Source: a virus (taxonomy: Duplodnaviria; Caudoviricetes). From it: a stretch of DNA of 64,000 bases. Below are positions 48,845-59,700 of this stretch, piece by piece. Under the pieces are notes generated by a model, which saw only the letters and a program-made list of their open reading frames with translations, had not been told where the DNA came from and did not search any database. The position numbers and the translations under genes were made by a program. The DNA is taken from the IMG/VR virus record IMGVR_UViG_3300017722_005389; one strand, written 5' to 3'. How positions within the stretch are numbered: the first letter of the stretch is position 1; each line of letters begins with the position of its first letter.

Positions 48845-49645
48845 ATGGAAATTGAAAAAAATGTTATGACGCAACAAATGCAACAGGTTAACTACAATAC
48901 CTACGAACCTCAATCGGAAATTTTTCATTTACCCTCAAAAGGACTTTTTTATCCTCCAATAAATGAAAATGGTGATCGTTTGACATCTGTGAAAGTGTAC
49001 GATTTGGTTACAGAAGATGAAAATATTCTTTTGAATCCTGCTTTATTTGAATCTGGGGAGATGATAGATGTTCTTTTGAAGAGAAAGGTGCAGACTCCTT
49101 ATCCTATTGAAAAATTTACAACAGGTGATAGATTGTCTATTTTTTTATATCTTAGATCTACTATGGAAAGAATGTATAGGATTAGTGTGATAGATCCTAA
49201 GACAAATATACCATTTGATCACGAAGTTGATTTACTTGCTTTAGAATTAAAGGAATCTGTAGCACTACCAGGTCAAGATGGTTTATTTGAATATAAATTA
49301 CCTAAAGCTGAAAGGATTGTCAAATTTCGACTTTCAACAGGTGAAGATGAAGCTGCAATAAGAAATAAAACTAAAAAGGAACAAGAGTTAAGAAAAAATG
49401 CAGAACCTTTTAACAGACTTTTAAAATTAGAACAACAAATTGTTTCTATTGAAGGTATAACTGATGTTTTTGAAAAAAGAAATTTCATCAAAAATATGCA
49501 AATTGGTGATAGTAGAAAACTTGTTAAATTTATGGATGAATGTATGCCTATTTTGAATTTTAATATTGAGGTATCCGCTCCAAGCGGTGGAACATTTCGT
49601 ACAGATATGCCTATCACCGCTGAATTCTTTTTCCCCGATTTATAA
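48845..49645 (+). CDS. Tail or baseplate assembly chaperone (gp26-like / G-like)
   Basis: LPSKGLFY, TEDENIL, GDRLSI.LYLR and VKFRLSTGEDE. ATG at 48845 preferred over the TTG at 48821. Confidence 0.75.
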   Translation: MEIEKNVMTQQMQQVNYNTYEPQSEIFHLPSKGLFYPPINENGDRLTSVKVYDLVTEDENILLNPALFESGEMIDVLLKRKVQTPYPIEKFTTGDRLSIFLYLRSTMERMYRISVIDPKTNIPFDHEVDLLALELKESVALPGQDGLFEYKLPKAERIVKFRLSTGEDEAAIRNKTKKEQELRKNAEPFNRLLKLEQQIVSIEGITDVFEKRNFIKNMQIGDSRKLVKFMDECMPILNFNIEVSAPSGGTFRTDMPITAEFFFPDL

Positions 49646-49670
49646 CCCCAATGTAACAAAACATTATCTT

Positions 49671-49817
49671 ATGCAAAGATTGTACCTCGTACATAAAGGT
49701 AGGTTTTCCTGGGGCGATGTTATGAAAATGCCATTGTGGGAAAAAAAGTTTTATTATGAGGAATTAATTTCAATTCAAGAGGAAATTCAAAAAGAATTGG
49801 AAAAAAATAAAAAATAA
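49671..49817 (+). CDS. Small chaperone (gp51-like / T-like), possibly frameshift-fused to the upstream gene
   Basis: MQRLYLVHKGRFSWGDVMKMPLWEKKFYYEEL; the frame is open upstream across the previous stop. Confidence 0.65.
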   Translation: MQRLYLVHKGRFSWGDVMKMPLWEKKFYYEELISIQEEIQKELEKNKK

Positions 49818-49824
49818 TAATATT

Positions 49825-49852
49825 TGGGGGGCTTTTAAAAAAAAGCCTCCCA
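49825..49852 (+). other. GC-rich hairpin before the tape measure gene (possible terminator or RNA structure)
   Basis: TGGGGGGCTTTT-AAAA-AAAAGCCTCCCA with one G-U pair and no strong U-tract. Confidence 0.6.
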
Positions 49853-49855
49853 TTA

Positions 49856-49863
49856 TATTTATA
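49856..49863 (+). promoter_or_regulatory. TATTTATA putative late-promoter motif (tape measure)
   Basis: 17 nt upstream of the ATG, just after a hairpin. Confidence 0.55.
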
Positions 49864-49880
49864 ATAAATAATAATTTGAT

Positions 49881-51989
49881 ATGCCAACTATAGATATTGT
49901 TGCTTTACTGAAAGGTATAGGATCCTTTTTATATGGATTAGCTAAAGCAGAAGCTCCAACAGCTGCAGTATTTGGAGCTCAAGGTGTAATGATGGATGCT
50001 GTTTCAGCTGCTCTTGCACCAGTGGAAACATTCCTAGGTAAACTAGATAAAGATATTAAAGTAGGTCGAGAAGATTTTACACCAATGGGTGCGATCAAAT
50101 ATTGGAATGATGTTTATACTGAAATGAGTAAAGTTAATGTGCAGTTAGGTGTCGCTGGAAATATAAGCGAAGCTATGAAGGGTCAATTTAAAGAAGCTTT
50201 TGTTGAATTAGGTAATATGGGTGTTGAGGCAAAAGAGATTGCTGAAAATATCAAGCAATTTATGGATGATTATGGACGTGTCATGTTGCTTTCTAAACAA
50301 GAGATAGTTGAAATGTCTCAAATGGCAGAAGTTTTCGGTAAAGAATCTCTTGCGATTGTGACTTCTTATAAAGATTTAGGTCTTTCAATAGAAACCACAA
50401 CTGCTCGAATGAAAAAGTTGACACTTGAATCAAATAAATATGGTGTTTTACCTTCGAGAGCTGTAAAGCTTATTAAGGAGAATTTAAGTGCTGTTGATAA
50501 ATATTATTTCAAAGGGGGGACTAAGGCATTTGAGCATATGGCATTAAAAGCTGCAAGCTTGAATAATGATATGAAAGGTGCCTTTGCTACGATTGATAAG
50601 ATATTAGATGGTGGTATTGAAGGTACTGTTGAAATGGCGCAAAAACTTCAGATAATGGGTGGACCAATCGCACAAATGGGAGATGTTTTTAGTCTTATGG
50701 ACAAAGCATTAAGTGGTGATATTGAAGGATTGACAACTGATGTGGCAAAAGCTGCTGCTCAGATGGCAACAATAAATTCTGAGGGAGAAGTTATGTTTGA
50801 TAAAGCAGCTATGTTACAGTTTAGAGAACTGGCTAAGGAATTACCTTTTGATATTCAAGAGATAACCAAGCTTGGTAAAACAATGGCTAAAGAAATGGAT
50901 ATCAGTAAGCAGTTGGATTTAAGTTTAAAATCAACTCCAGCGGAATTTGAGAAAATGACTAAAAAGGTTGCTGGTGCTGTTAAAGGTAAAAATGCTTTTG
51001 GTGATTGGGTTGTAACAATTGATGGTATAGAGAAAAAAGTTCAAGATTTAACTGAAGAAGATATTAATGCTAAGTTATCTATATCTCCTGAAGGTGATGA
51101 AAAAGACACCTTTAAGGAAATTGTTAGGTCTAATATGGACTTAGGTGCTGTTATACAAACTTTAATTCATGAATTAAAAAGGTCTGCATTATCAGGAGCT
51201 GGAGATTATTATAAAGAACTGATGCCTAAGTTAAGGGAAATTGCTGATACTGCAAGTGGTTATTTAAAATATTATACAGAAGCTTTTTCAGATATGTCTA
51301 AAAAGGCTTATGAAAATGCTGATAAAGTTTTAGATCCACTAGCTCAAAGTGATTTATTAGGTGCTTTAGGAGGAATTAAAGATAATCTATTAGGCACACT
51401 AACAACATTTTGGGATATGTTTAAAGGTGCTATTTATGAAGTAGGCAAAGTTCTTGGAAATGCATTATGGAATGCTGGTCAATATATTATGGCAGGGTTT
51501 TTCTATGGTGTAGATTATATGATATTTTCACTTAAAAAGGGATTGTTTGAGGCTGCTAATGAAATTGTAAAAACAATAATCGGACCTATATTGGCACCTT
51601 TTAATATAAATCCAAACTTAATTGATACTTCAACAATGCAAATGGATTCATTTTCAGATTGGATGAAAAAGAATAACTATAAAATTGTTGATGTATTTAA
51701 AGATTTTAATTGGAATAATATTATAGATCCTATTATGAAAGGCACTGAAGAAAAATATAAACCAATACCAGGTCTCAGTGAATTTGGAAGTGATTATATA
51801 AGAAATATGATACCTAATGAAGGTGAAAAACCAAAAACTGTTGATAATAAACAATATTTAGAAGTTAAAGGTGAAATAATGTTGATAAATGCTGATGGGT
51901 CAAAAGTACCATTAACTGAAGAACAGATTGTAGAATTAGTTAAGAAGCTTTCGCTGGGTACTTTTAGATCACCTGGTGGTGGGGGATAA
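49881..51989 (+). CDS. Tape measure protein
   Basis: 702 aa helical Ala/Gly/Met-rich protein directly after the chaperones; TATTTATA at 49856-49863. Confidence 0.75.
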   Translation: MPTIDIVALLKGIGSFLYGLAKAEAPTAAVFGAQGVMMDAVSAALAPVETFLGKLDKDIKVGREDFTPMGAIKYWNDVYTEMSKVNVQLGVAGNISEAMKGQFKEAFVELGNMGVEAKEIAENIKQFMDDYGRVMLLSKQEIVEMSQMAEVFGKESLAIVTSYKDLGLSIETTTARMKKLTLESNKYGVLPSRAVKLIKENLSAVDKYYFKGGTKAFEHMALKAASLNNDMKGAFATIDKILDGGIEGTVEMAQKLQIMGGPIAQMGDVFSLMDKALSGDIEGLTTDVAKAAAQMATINSEGEVMFDKAAMLQFRELAKELPFDIQEITKLGKTMAKEMDISKQLDLSLKSTPAEFEKMTKKVAGAVKGKNAFGDWVVTIDGIEKKVQDLTEEDINAKLSISPEGDEKDTFKEIVRSNMDLGAVIQTLIHELKRSALSGAGDYYKELMPKLREIADTASGYLKYYTEAFSDMSKKAYENADKVLDPLAQSDLLGALGGIKDNLLGTLTTFWDMFKGAIYEVGKVLGNALWNAGQYIMAGFFYGVDYMIFSLKKGLFEAANEIVKTIIGPILAPFNINPNLIDTSTMQMDSFSDWMKKNNYKIVDVFKDFNWNNIIDPIMKGTEEKYKPIPGLSEFGSDYIRNMIPNEGEKPKTVDNKQYLEVKGEIMLINADGSKVPLTEEQIVELVKKLSLGTFRSPGGGG

Positions 51990-52026
51990 TAAAATATAAA
52001 TGTTAATAATTATAATAAAATAAAAT

Positions 52027-55000
52027 ATGGCAACATTATTATCTTTAATAGGTGAAAATGAAAGATTTCGATTAAAACCAAAGAATCTTAATGGGACTGA
52101 TGATGTCACAGAAAATGGATTTTCATCTTATTTAGATGATTATGGTACAACTGCTATACAAGACTATAGTGATGATGTTAATACTGAATCTCCATCTGTT
52201 TCAGAAGTTGGTGATATAGCTTTAAGAGATTCAAAAGATTATAATATATTTCCTCAAGATACTTACAGCGAAGCAGAAGTTGAACGAATTGATGTTTCAG
52301 TTATTGATATGCCTGGAATTGATGAGATAAGTGAAGACATCTATCTTTCAAGAACTGTATATAACAAATATTCAAATTTAGAATATATCCCACTGGAAGT
52401 TCTTGATGCAGTTGGAGTGCAAAGTTACGATGGAACGTATGGTGATTATATTGGAACAATTCTTTCAAATCTTGAACAACGTGGAAATACACTTGCCGAT
52501 ATTTTTATTGGTCGATGGAATCTTGAAGATTCTCCAATAGGTGTTATAGGTGGTGAGGCATTATATCAAGCATTGACAACTCAATTTAAAGATGGTGTTT
52601 CAAGAAAAGTTGTTGGGATTCTAAATAAAAATGTTCTTTCTTTATTGGAAGGCGATGCTTTAATAAGAGAGGATTATGAGATTACAAATCCAAAAAATAG
52701 ACTTGCAAGAGCTGCAGAATTTGCTGCAAAGTTAAGCAGTCTTGAGAACCCATTGTCATATCTTCCAGAAGATGTTTTTAATTACAATAGAGTTAGAACT
52801 GTTACCGATGGAAATGTTCGTTATATTGGCTCAGAATTGACTTATAAAGACCAAGTGGCACTTATACTGCAATATACAGGAAAAGGTCAAGAGAAGCAAT
52901 TATTGAGCCTTGTGGACTTAAATATTTACAAAAATGAAATTGAAGGTAGAACTAGAACTATAAGAGCTAATACGTACACAAATTTTATTAAAGGAGCTAT
53001 AAATAATTTAGATAATTCTGATTTTATTGTTAAAGGAGATTTAATTATACCTGCACCTGATGGTTATTATGAGCCATATGGTGTTATAAGTAGACATAAA
53101 AATAATGATAAAAGTTTTGGTACTCCAGAAAAACAATTATTTTCTGATGGGTTTTGGTTTGTATGGACAACTGATGCATTTAATCTAACACCTTCAGTTG
53201 TTGATGAATCATATTCTGTAGGATGGGTTGCTAGAGAGAATCCATTTAAATCTAAATCATTATTATACAAAACTCAAGAATTAGTAAATTCTCAGCAAGC
53301 ATTTTTAGATTTAAGTAAAAAAGAGTTTATAGAAATTGTTGATGGGGATCCGAAAATAATTTCAAGAGGTGATGCAACTACTGCCTCTGGAGATTATACT
53401 GATGATGATGGTACTCTAATTAAACAGGGTGAATATTTTAGAGTTTGGACTAAACAAAGAGGTTATAATAGGCTTGATAGAACTTTGAGGCATCGTGGTT
53501 TGGATAATGGTGAAAAACGAACTGTTCTTAATGATAATGGTATTCCTAATTATGCTCCGACTATAAGGGAGGCTAATAGAAGTAACGGTCTTGTTTCAGA
53601 TGAGGTTATTAAGAGGTATATGCTTTCTCTTGAGAATCTTGCTTGGAATGATTATATGGATGATTTACCTGAATGTGAGCAAGGTCCTGGCGATCCACTA
53701 ACAGGTACAAGAGGTCGTATTATGTGGTTTCCTCCATATAATTTAAGTTTTGATGAAACTTCTACAGCTTCTTGGCAAGACCATTCTTTCATAGGTAGAG
53801 GTGAAAAAATATATACATACACTAATACTGATAGAAGTGGAAATCTTTCATTTCAAATTCTTGTAGACCATCCAGATGTAATACATACTTTAGTTGGAGA
53901 AAAAACTCAATTCTGGGAAAGATATTTCAAAGGAGATAAGCTTGTTCAAGAGGAAGCTATCAAAAGATATAAAGAGCTTACAAAATTATCGCAGAAAGAA
54001 TTAGATGAAATAAAAAAGATTCAAAATAATAATTTACCAAGATTTAAGAAGGTTCCTGTTAAGGTTAAACCTAAAAAAGAGGTTGAACAAAAAAAGGCTG
54101 AAGAGACAAAAAAGAAAGTTGATGAAAATAAAAAAAAGTTAGAAGAAAATAGTGATAAAAAGAAGGAAAATCAACAAACTGAAGATAAAACTGGCACTAA
54201 AGACTTACCATTAGGCGCACTTCTTTTGAGTGTATATTTTCCTAATGATGAAAAAACTATACCACTTGCTCCAGTAACATATAATTATTCTTCAGAGGAT
54301 GATAGCTATACTGTTGATAATAATTTGTCTTTAAAAACGTTACAATTAAAAAATTACGGTTATGAAGGTGGACCAAAAATAAATGAATTAGGATTTCTTT
54401 CTAGTGATAAATATACTATAGAAAATATTTCAGGTTTAAAATATAAATTGCAAGGGTCAAATACTGCTGTAAATATAAATTATACTTATAAGGAAGGAAA
54501 ACTTGTTTCTAATCAATATGTTTGTAAAAATCTTGCAATTTCAGCTATAGGTTATAAAGATAGAAATAATCTTGGATTAAATAATAAATTTTATTTTGAA
54601 TGGAAATCTTCATTTTTGAAGTTATTAAAAGGAGTTAAAAAAGCTAAAGTAACTATAATGGGTAATGCTTCAGGTGCAATACCTGTTGGAAGTACTAATA
54701 CAGCTTTAGCATCTGGTAGAGCAAATAATGTAAAAACTTGGTTTGAACAAAATGTAATTAAACTCCTTAAAACTCTTAATCAAGACACTACTGGTATAGA
54801 AATAGTGGTTGAAAGTCAAGGTGACTTAGAAGACGTTGCCTTAAAACAACAAAATGCTGAATTGCAAAAAAATGGTTTGGCAGGTATTCCTTTTTGTCAA
54901 GATTGTGATGAATCCGATAAAGAAGCGTGTAAAAAAACAAGAAGAGTTGATATTTTTGTTAAGGTTTTGGATGAAGTTGTTGTGCCTCCTATAGTAGATC

Positions 55001-56391
55001 CAAATACAAATGAACCAAATATACCACCGTTTAATCCTACTGGAAGTACAATTACACCTGAAGAGGAACCAATTGTTGAGCCAACTATAGAAGACACAAT
55101 AGAAGACCTTGAAACTTCTGAAGAGTTAATTCCTGATGACACTCAAGACAATATGGATCCAAATGGAGACCCTAACGAACCTGTTATAGACCCTGCGATC
55201 CTTAGAAAATTAGTTTATACTGAATGTGATTTTTTCAAATATCTTGAAACAGATCAACCTTTTACATATCAAACAATAAGTGAAAAAATAAAATATTTCA
55301 CCCCTGCATTTCATTCTATTACACCTCAAGGATTAAATTCCAGACTTACGTTTTTACATCAATGTACAAGACAAGGTGATAGTATTGGAATGGATGGTGT
55401 AGATAATATTAAAAATCTTGCATTTGGTAGACCTCCTGTTTGTATCCTAAGAATTGGTGATTTTTTTCATGTGAAAATTATAATTGAAACTTTAAGTATA
55501 AAATATGCAAATGATACTATTACATGGGATACAAATCCTGAAGGTATAGGAGTTCAACCAATGGTTGCAGATGTTTCTTTAGCAATAAAAATACTTGGTG
55601 GAATGTCATTGACAGCTCCAATAAACCGATTGCAAAATGCATTATCATTTAATTTTTATGCTAATACTGAAGTTTATGATAAAAGGGCTGATAGTGTAGT
55701 TTTTGAACAAAAATTTGATAAGGATGGTAAATTAGATATCGATTCAACTTATGGTACTCTCAAGGCAGCAAAAATTGTCGATGGTATAAAACTTTCATCT
55801 CTAATAAAATTAAGTGAAGCTCAAAAGCAGAAAAGATTGGCTAAAATTCGATTAGAAAGTAGATTGGTTAATCCAACTTCAACGGAACCTATTGTATCAA
55901 CAGAAAAAATCACTACAGCTGGTGATATTAATTCGTTATTAGAATATAAAGCTAATGCAGGTGTACCTTTAACTCCCTTTGAAAAAATATTGACATCTAT
56001 TGGAATTGAAACAAAGAATAAATTTTTATTTGAAAGTTTAGATCCTAAAGATTCAAAAAGTATAAAAGATACTATGATTGGAAACTTACAAGAAGAAACT
56101 TCTTTATTAAATGAGCAAGCTAAAGATTTATATACAAGAAGATTTAATTCAAAAAATCCAGATGATGTAGAGTATTTAAATAAATTATTAAAAACAGGTG
56201 AGCCTTTTAATCCTAAAATTCCTGCATCAGCTAGACAATATACTGATTTCGCAGAATCAATGAAGCAATATGTTGAAGTAAGTGTCAGTGATCCTAATAA
56301 ATTAACTGAAGTGGATATAACTAAAACAATTGACGAATATTTGACTGCTTATAGGCAAATTTGGGTTGAATCAACTATATTAAGAAGATAA
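52027..56391 (+). CDS. Large baseplate / tube-initiator protein with an OmpA-like domain
   Basis: Tube-initiator-like RIMWFPPY...FIGRGEKIYTY...LSFQILVDHP; OmpA-like VYFPND...GNAS...NTALASGRANNV...RRVDI. Confidence 0.65.
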   Translation: MATLLSLIGENERFRLKPKNLNGTDDVTENGFSSYLDDYGTTAIQDYSDDVNTESPSVSEVGDIALRDSKDYNIFPQDTYSEAEVERIDVSVIDMPGIDEISEDIYLSRTVYNKYSNLEYIPLEVLDAVGVQSYDGTYGDYIGTILSNLEQRGNTLADIFIGRWNLEDSPIGVIGGEALYQALTTQFKDGVSRKVVGILNKNVLSLLEGDALIREDYEITNPKNRLARAAEFAAKLSSLENPLSYLPEDVFNYNRVRTVTDGNVRYIGSELTYKDQVALILQYTGKGQEKQLLSLVDLNIYKNEIEGRTRTIRANTYTNFIKGAINNLDNSDFIVKGDLIIPAPDGYYEPYGVISRHKNNDKSFGTPEKQLFSDGFWFVWTTDAFNLTPSVVDESYSVGWVARENPFKSKSLLYKTQELVNSQQAFLDLSKKEFIEIVDGDPKIISRGDATTASGDYTDDDGTLIKQGEYFRVWTKQRGYNRLDRTLRHRGLDNGEKRTVLNDNGIPNYAPTIREANRSNGLVSDEVIKRYMLSLENLAWNDYMDDLPECEQGPGDPLTGTRGRIMWFPPYNLSFDETSTASWQDHSFIGRGEKIYTYTNTDRSGNLSFQILVDHPDVIHTLVGEKTQFWERYFKGDKLVQEEAIKRYKELTKLSQKELDEIKKIQNNNLPRFKKVPVKVKPKKEVEQKKAEETKKKVDENKKKLEENSDKKKENQQTEDKTGTKDLPLGALLLSVYFPNDEKTIPLAPVTYNYSSEDDSYTVDNNLSLKTLQLKNYGYEGGPKINELGFLSSDKYTIENISGLKYKLQGSNTAVNINYTYKEGKLVSNQYVCKNLAISAIGYKDRNNLGLNNKFYFEWKSSFLKLLKGVKKAKVTIMGNASGAIPVGSTNTALASGRANNVKTWFEQNVIKLLKTLNQDTTGIEIVVESQGDLEDVALKQQNAELQKNGLAGIPFCQDCDESDKEACKKTRRVDIFVKVLDEVVVPPIVDPNTNEPNIPPFNPTGSTITPEEEPIVEPTIEDTIEDLETSEELIPDDTQDNMDPNGDPNEPVIDPAILRKLVYTECDFFKYLETDQPFTYQTISEKIKYFTPAFHSITPQGLNSRLTFLHQCTRQGDSIGMDGVDNIKNLAFGRPPVCILRIGDFFHVKIIIETLSIKYANDTITWDTNPEGIGVQPMVADVSLAIKILGGMSLTAPINRLQNALSFNFYANTEVYDKRADSVVFEQKFDKDGKLDIDSTYGTLKAAKIVDGIKLSSLIKLSEAQKQKRLAKIRLESRLVNPTSTEPIVSTEKITTAGDINSLLEYKANAGVPLTPFEKILTSIGIETKNKFLFESLDPKDSKSIKDTMIGNLQEETSLLNEQAKDLYTRRFNSKNPDDVEYLNKLLKTGEPFNPKIPASARQYTDFAESMKQYVEVSVSDPNKLTEVDITKTIDEYLTAYRQIWVESTILRR

Positions 56392-56398
56392 ATAAATT

Positions 56399-56716
56399 AT
56401 GGATAGTATAAATAGATATCAAAAATTCACATCTAATAGTGAGATGAAAATAATGCCTTTTATAAAAATTAGGGTAAAGGGTAGTGACAAAAGTATTATT
56501 TGGAATAAAAGTACTCATAGGTTAGATGTATTGAGCCAAAGATATTATGGTGTTCCTGATGCAGGGTGGCTTATAATGATGGCAAATGCACAATATGGTA
56601 CTGATGAATTCGATATTCCAGATGGAGAATTAGTAATAATTCCTTATCCTTACAAAACATCTATACAATCTTATTTAGATGAGATTGTAAGATTTGATGC
56701 TAAATTTGGGATTTAG
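56399..56716 (+). CDS. LysM-like baseplate protein (gp53/gpX-like)
   Basis: RLDVLSQRYYG...GWLIMMAN...IPDG...IIPYP. Confidence 0.8.
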   Translation: MDSINRYQKFTSNSEMKIMPFIKIRVKGSDKSIIWNKSTHRLDVLSQRYYGVPDAGWLIMMANAQYGTDEFDIPDGELVIIPYPYKTSIQSYLDEIVRFDAKFGI

Positions 56717-56744
56717 ATAATTATAAGCTAAATTAAATAAAAAA

Positions 56745-59700
56745 ATGGGTGATATAGAAACAATTTCAAATGATAACTTTTTTACAGTGGTTGTTGACCC
56801 AAATGGACTCAATAAACAGAATGTACGTAATGAAGACTTATTTATATACGTAGATTTTAGGTCTTTACCTAAAACTAGGTCTGTTGTTCAAACGGATGGT
56901 TCTGTTACTAATGAAGTATTTGAAACTAAAGGTGTAAGCTTTATTGCCTCTAAAAAACAAAATGGTTCTAATTATCTTACAACTGATTATACTAATATAG
57001 GTGGTAGTAATCCTAAAGAAGAAGAAGGATTTGGTATTAAGAGTATAAGTATTGAATATGGAAAAGAATTTAATCCTATTATTAAAATAGAGTTTGTGGA
57101 TGTAAGAGGTGCAGGGCTTTTTAATGGATATGAAACGGTTGATGATGAGGGTATACTTTCTAATAATTCTACTTTTTCTTCATTTTTTTCTCTACCTTAT
57201 CCATTATTCAAATTAACCGTAAAAGGGTTTTATGGAAAGGCTGTTTCTTATTGTTTACATTTAATGAAATGGTCACTAGAATTAGATGGTGAAAATGGGG
57301 ATTTTAAAATTATTGCAGAATTTCAAGGTTACACTTTTGCATTTTTTAATGATATATTGTTGAAACATGTTATAACTATTATTAATATGAATGTTGGGCA
57401 AGAAGCTCTAAAGGGACATGGTGTAATTTCAATATCAGAATTAGTAACTCGTTTAGGAAAATTAACAAGTATTTCTGAAGAATATAAAAAGAATAGTAAA
57501 ACTTTTGAAGAGTTAAAATTTATAAATTCATTATTACTTGATAGAATTGAAATTTTATCAAATAGTATAGGTGAAGTTATGACTGTTGCAAATATTTCCT
57601 CTTTTGGTACACCTCTTCCGATACCGCAATTAAAAAATGGTACTGATCAACTTTTTGTTAGAGATGTGGCATTAATTTCTGAAGAAAAACTTGAAACATT
57701 AAAATTTATAATTGAAGACCTTGGAAAATATGTAAAAGAATATAATGATTTTATCAAAACGAATTCATCTAAATATCCTTATGGAAATGAATATAAAATT
57801 GATGATTTTAATATTTCTGTGCCTACAATTGCATATGTTATAGATGATAGTACAACTAATATTATAATTGATAAAGTAAAAAAGGATGGATTATCTGATA
57901 ATAATGCATTAACTACTACTACTGCTATTAGAAGTAGGTTAAATTTACCAAATAATTCAACTAAGAAATTTTATATAATTGATTTTCATAAATTCAGAAA
58001 AGAGATTTCTCAAATTAAAAGTGATTTATCAAAAAAGAAAAGTAATGTTGAAAAGAAAGTTAATGATGAATTAAACAGCGATATAGAAACTCAATTAAAT
58101 TTAAAATTAAATATTTCAAATGTATATGAAATCATTCTTGGAAATGTTGAAGCGTATTTGAAGGTTGTTCATGATTATGCAGTTGCTGCAGATAGTCCTT
58201 CTATTCAATCTCAAAGGCTAAGTGCTATTAGAGGTGCTGTTACAGATATTCCTATCACCTATGAAAATAGAGTTTTCCCATTTCCATCTGTTTTTGATTC
58301 AAATACAGGCGAAGAGGTTTGGATTGGGGATATTGTTGGAGACGATAACCCTTATTTCCCAGAAATTGAACTTGTTAGGTTAAGTTTGAACTCTGCTGTG
58401 ACTTCTGAAGGAAAAAATGTTAAAGATAGAGAAAAAAATGATTCAAGTACAAGTGTAACTCCTACTGAAGGAGGTTGGATGCCATTATCTTTAGAACATA
58501 GTTTGCCTAGAGGTAGAGCTTATTTTTTACCTAATGGTGATCCAATTACAGATACACCAACTGAAGAGTTTAGTAATCCTTACATTTATAAATATCCATC
58601 AATTACGCTTAATTCATCTGAAAAGATTATTGGAGCTTATAATACTGATTTATCGAATGGTCTTTTTGCAGCTTATTATGAAATGGGTTTTGATAATGAT
58701 ACAATATTATTTTTAGCCAAACTTGATGCATGTTTTGCGTATAATAATACAAATGATAAATATGTTAGAGATCTTTTAAATAATATAACTTTAGAAGATT
58801 TTTATCTTTTTAATTCAATCGATGCTATTTTTTTTATGAAAGAACCTATTTTAATAGGGAGTTCAATTGATACAAAAGGAACAGTATTGGAAAATCTTTC
58901 TTTAAACCCTAGTTTTGCTTCAGATAGTAAAATAATAAAAAACATACAAAATCAACCTAAACGTAATCTCATTAAAGATGTAAATGATGAAATAGAAGCA
59001 CAAAAAAAACCTTTAGAAGATATATTAATTCCTAATAAACATAAAACTATTCATAGGCAGATTGATAAAAATACTTATCTGATTAAAGGTGATATTACAG
59101 ATTTATTATGGACTAATGAAGTAAAAGCTAACATAAGAAAATTCTATAAATCTGAAACGAGTAATGATTTACTACAGAAGGATCCTGTTAGTTTTACCAT
59201 TTCATCTAAGATAAATGATTTTTCAATTTTTGATGGTCAAATTAATCCAGCAGTTGATTTTGTTAAATCTATAGATCCAAATAGTAAATTTACAAATATA
59301 AAAAGAAGTAAAATTGGTTTAAATTTATTTCCATCTTTTTCTACGGTTTTAAGTAGACCAACAAACACTGATTCAATATTAGATACCATTTATTATAAAA
59401 GTGCTTCAACTACAGAAAGAGCATACTTGTTCTTATTAACAACTCCTATTGATGAAACTTATGATTTTTATGAGATGTTATCATATGGAGGTATGTATAA
59501 AATCACTAAAATGCAATTGGCTTGGGTTTCAGCTCAATTTTGGAGGGCAAAATATATAAAAGATTTTGGTGTAGATGTTTTTGTTGGTATTTTTGATAAA
59601 GTTGTAGATAATGTTACAAATAATATATTAACAATTCCTGATACTACATCAGAGCGTCAATTATTAAATGAATTATCAAATCAATTAACTCAATTAGGAA

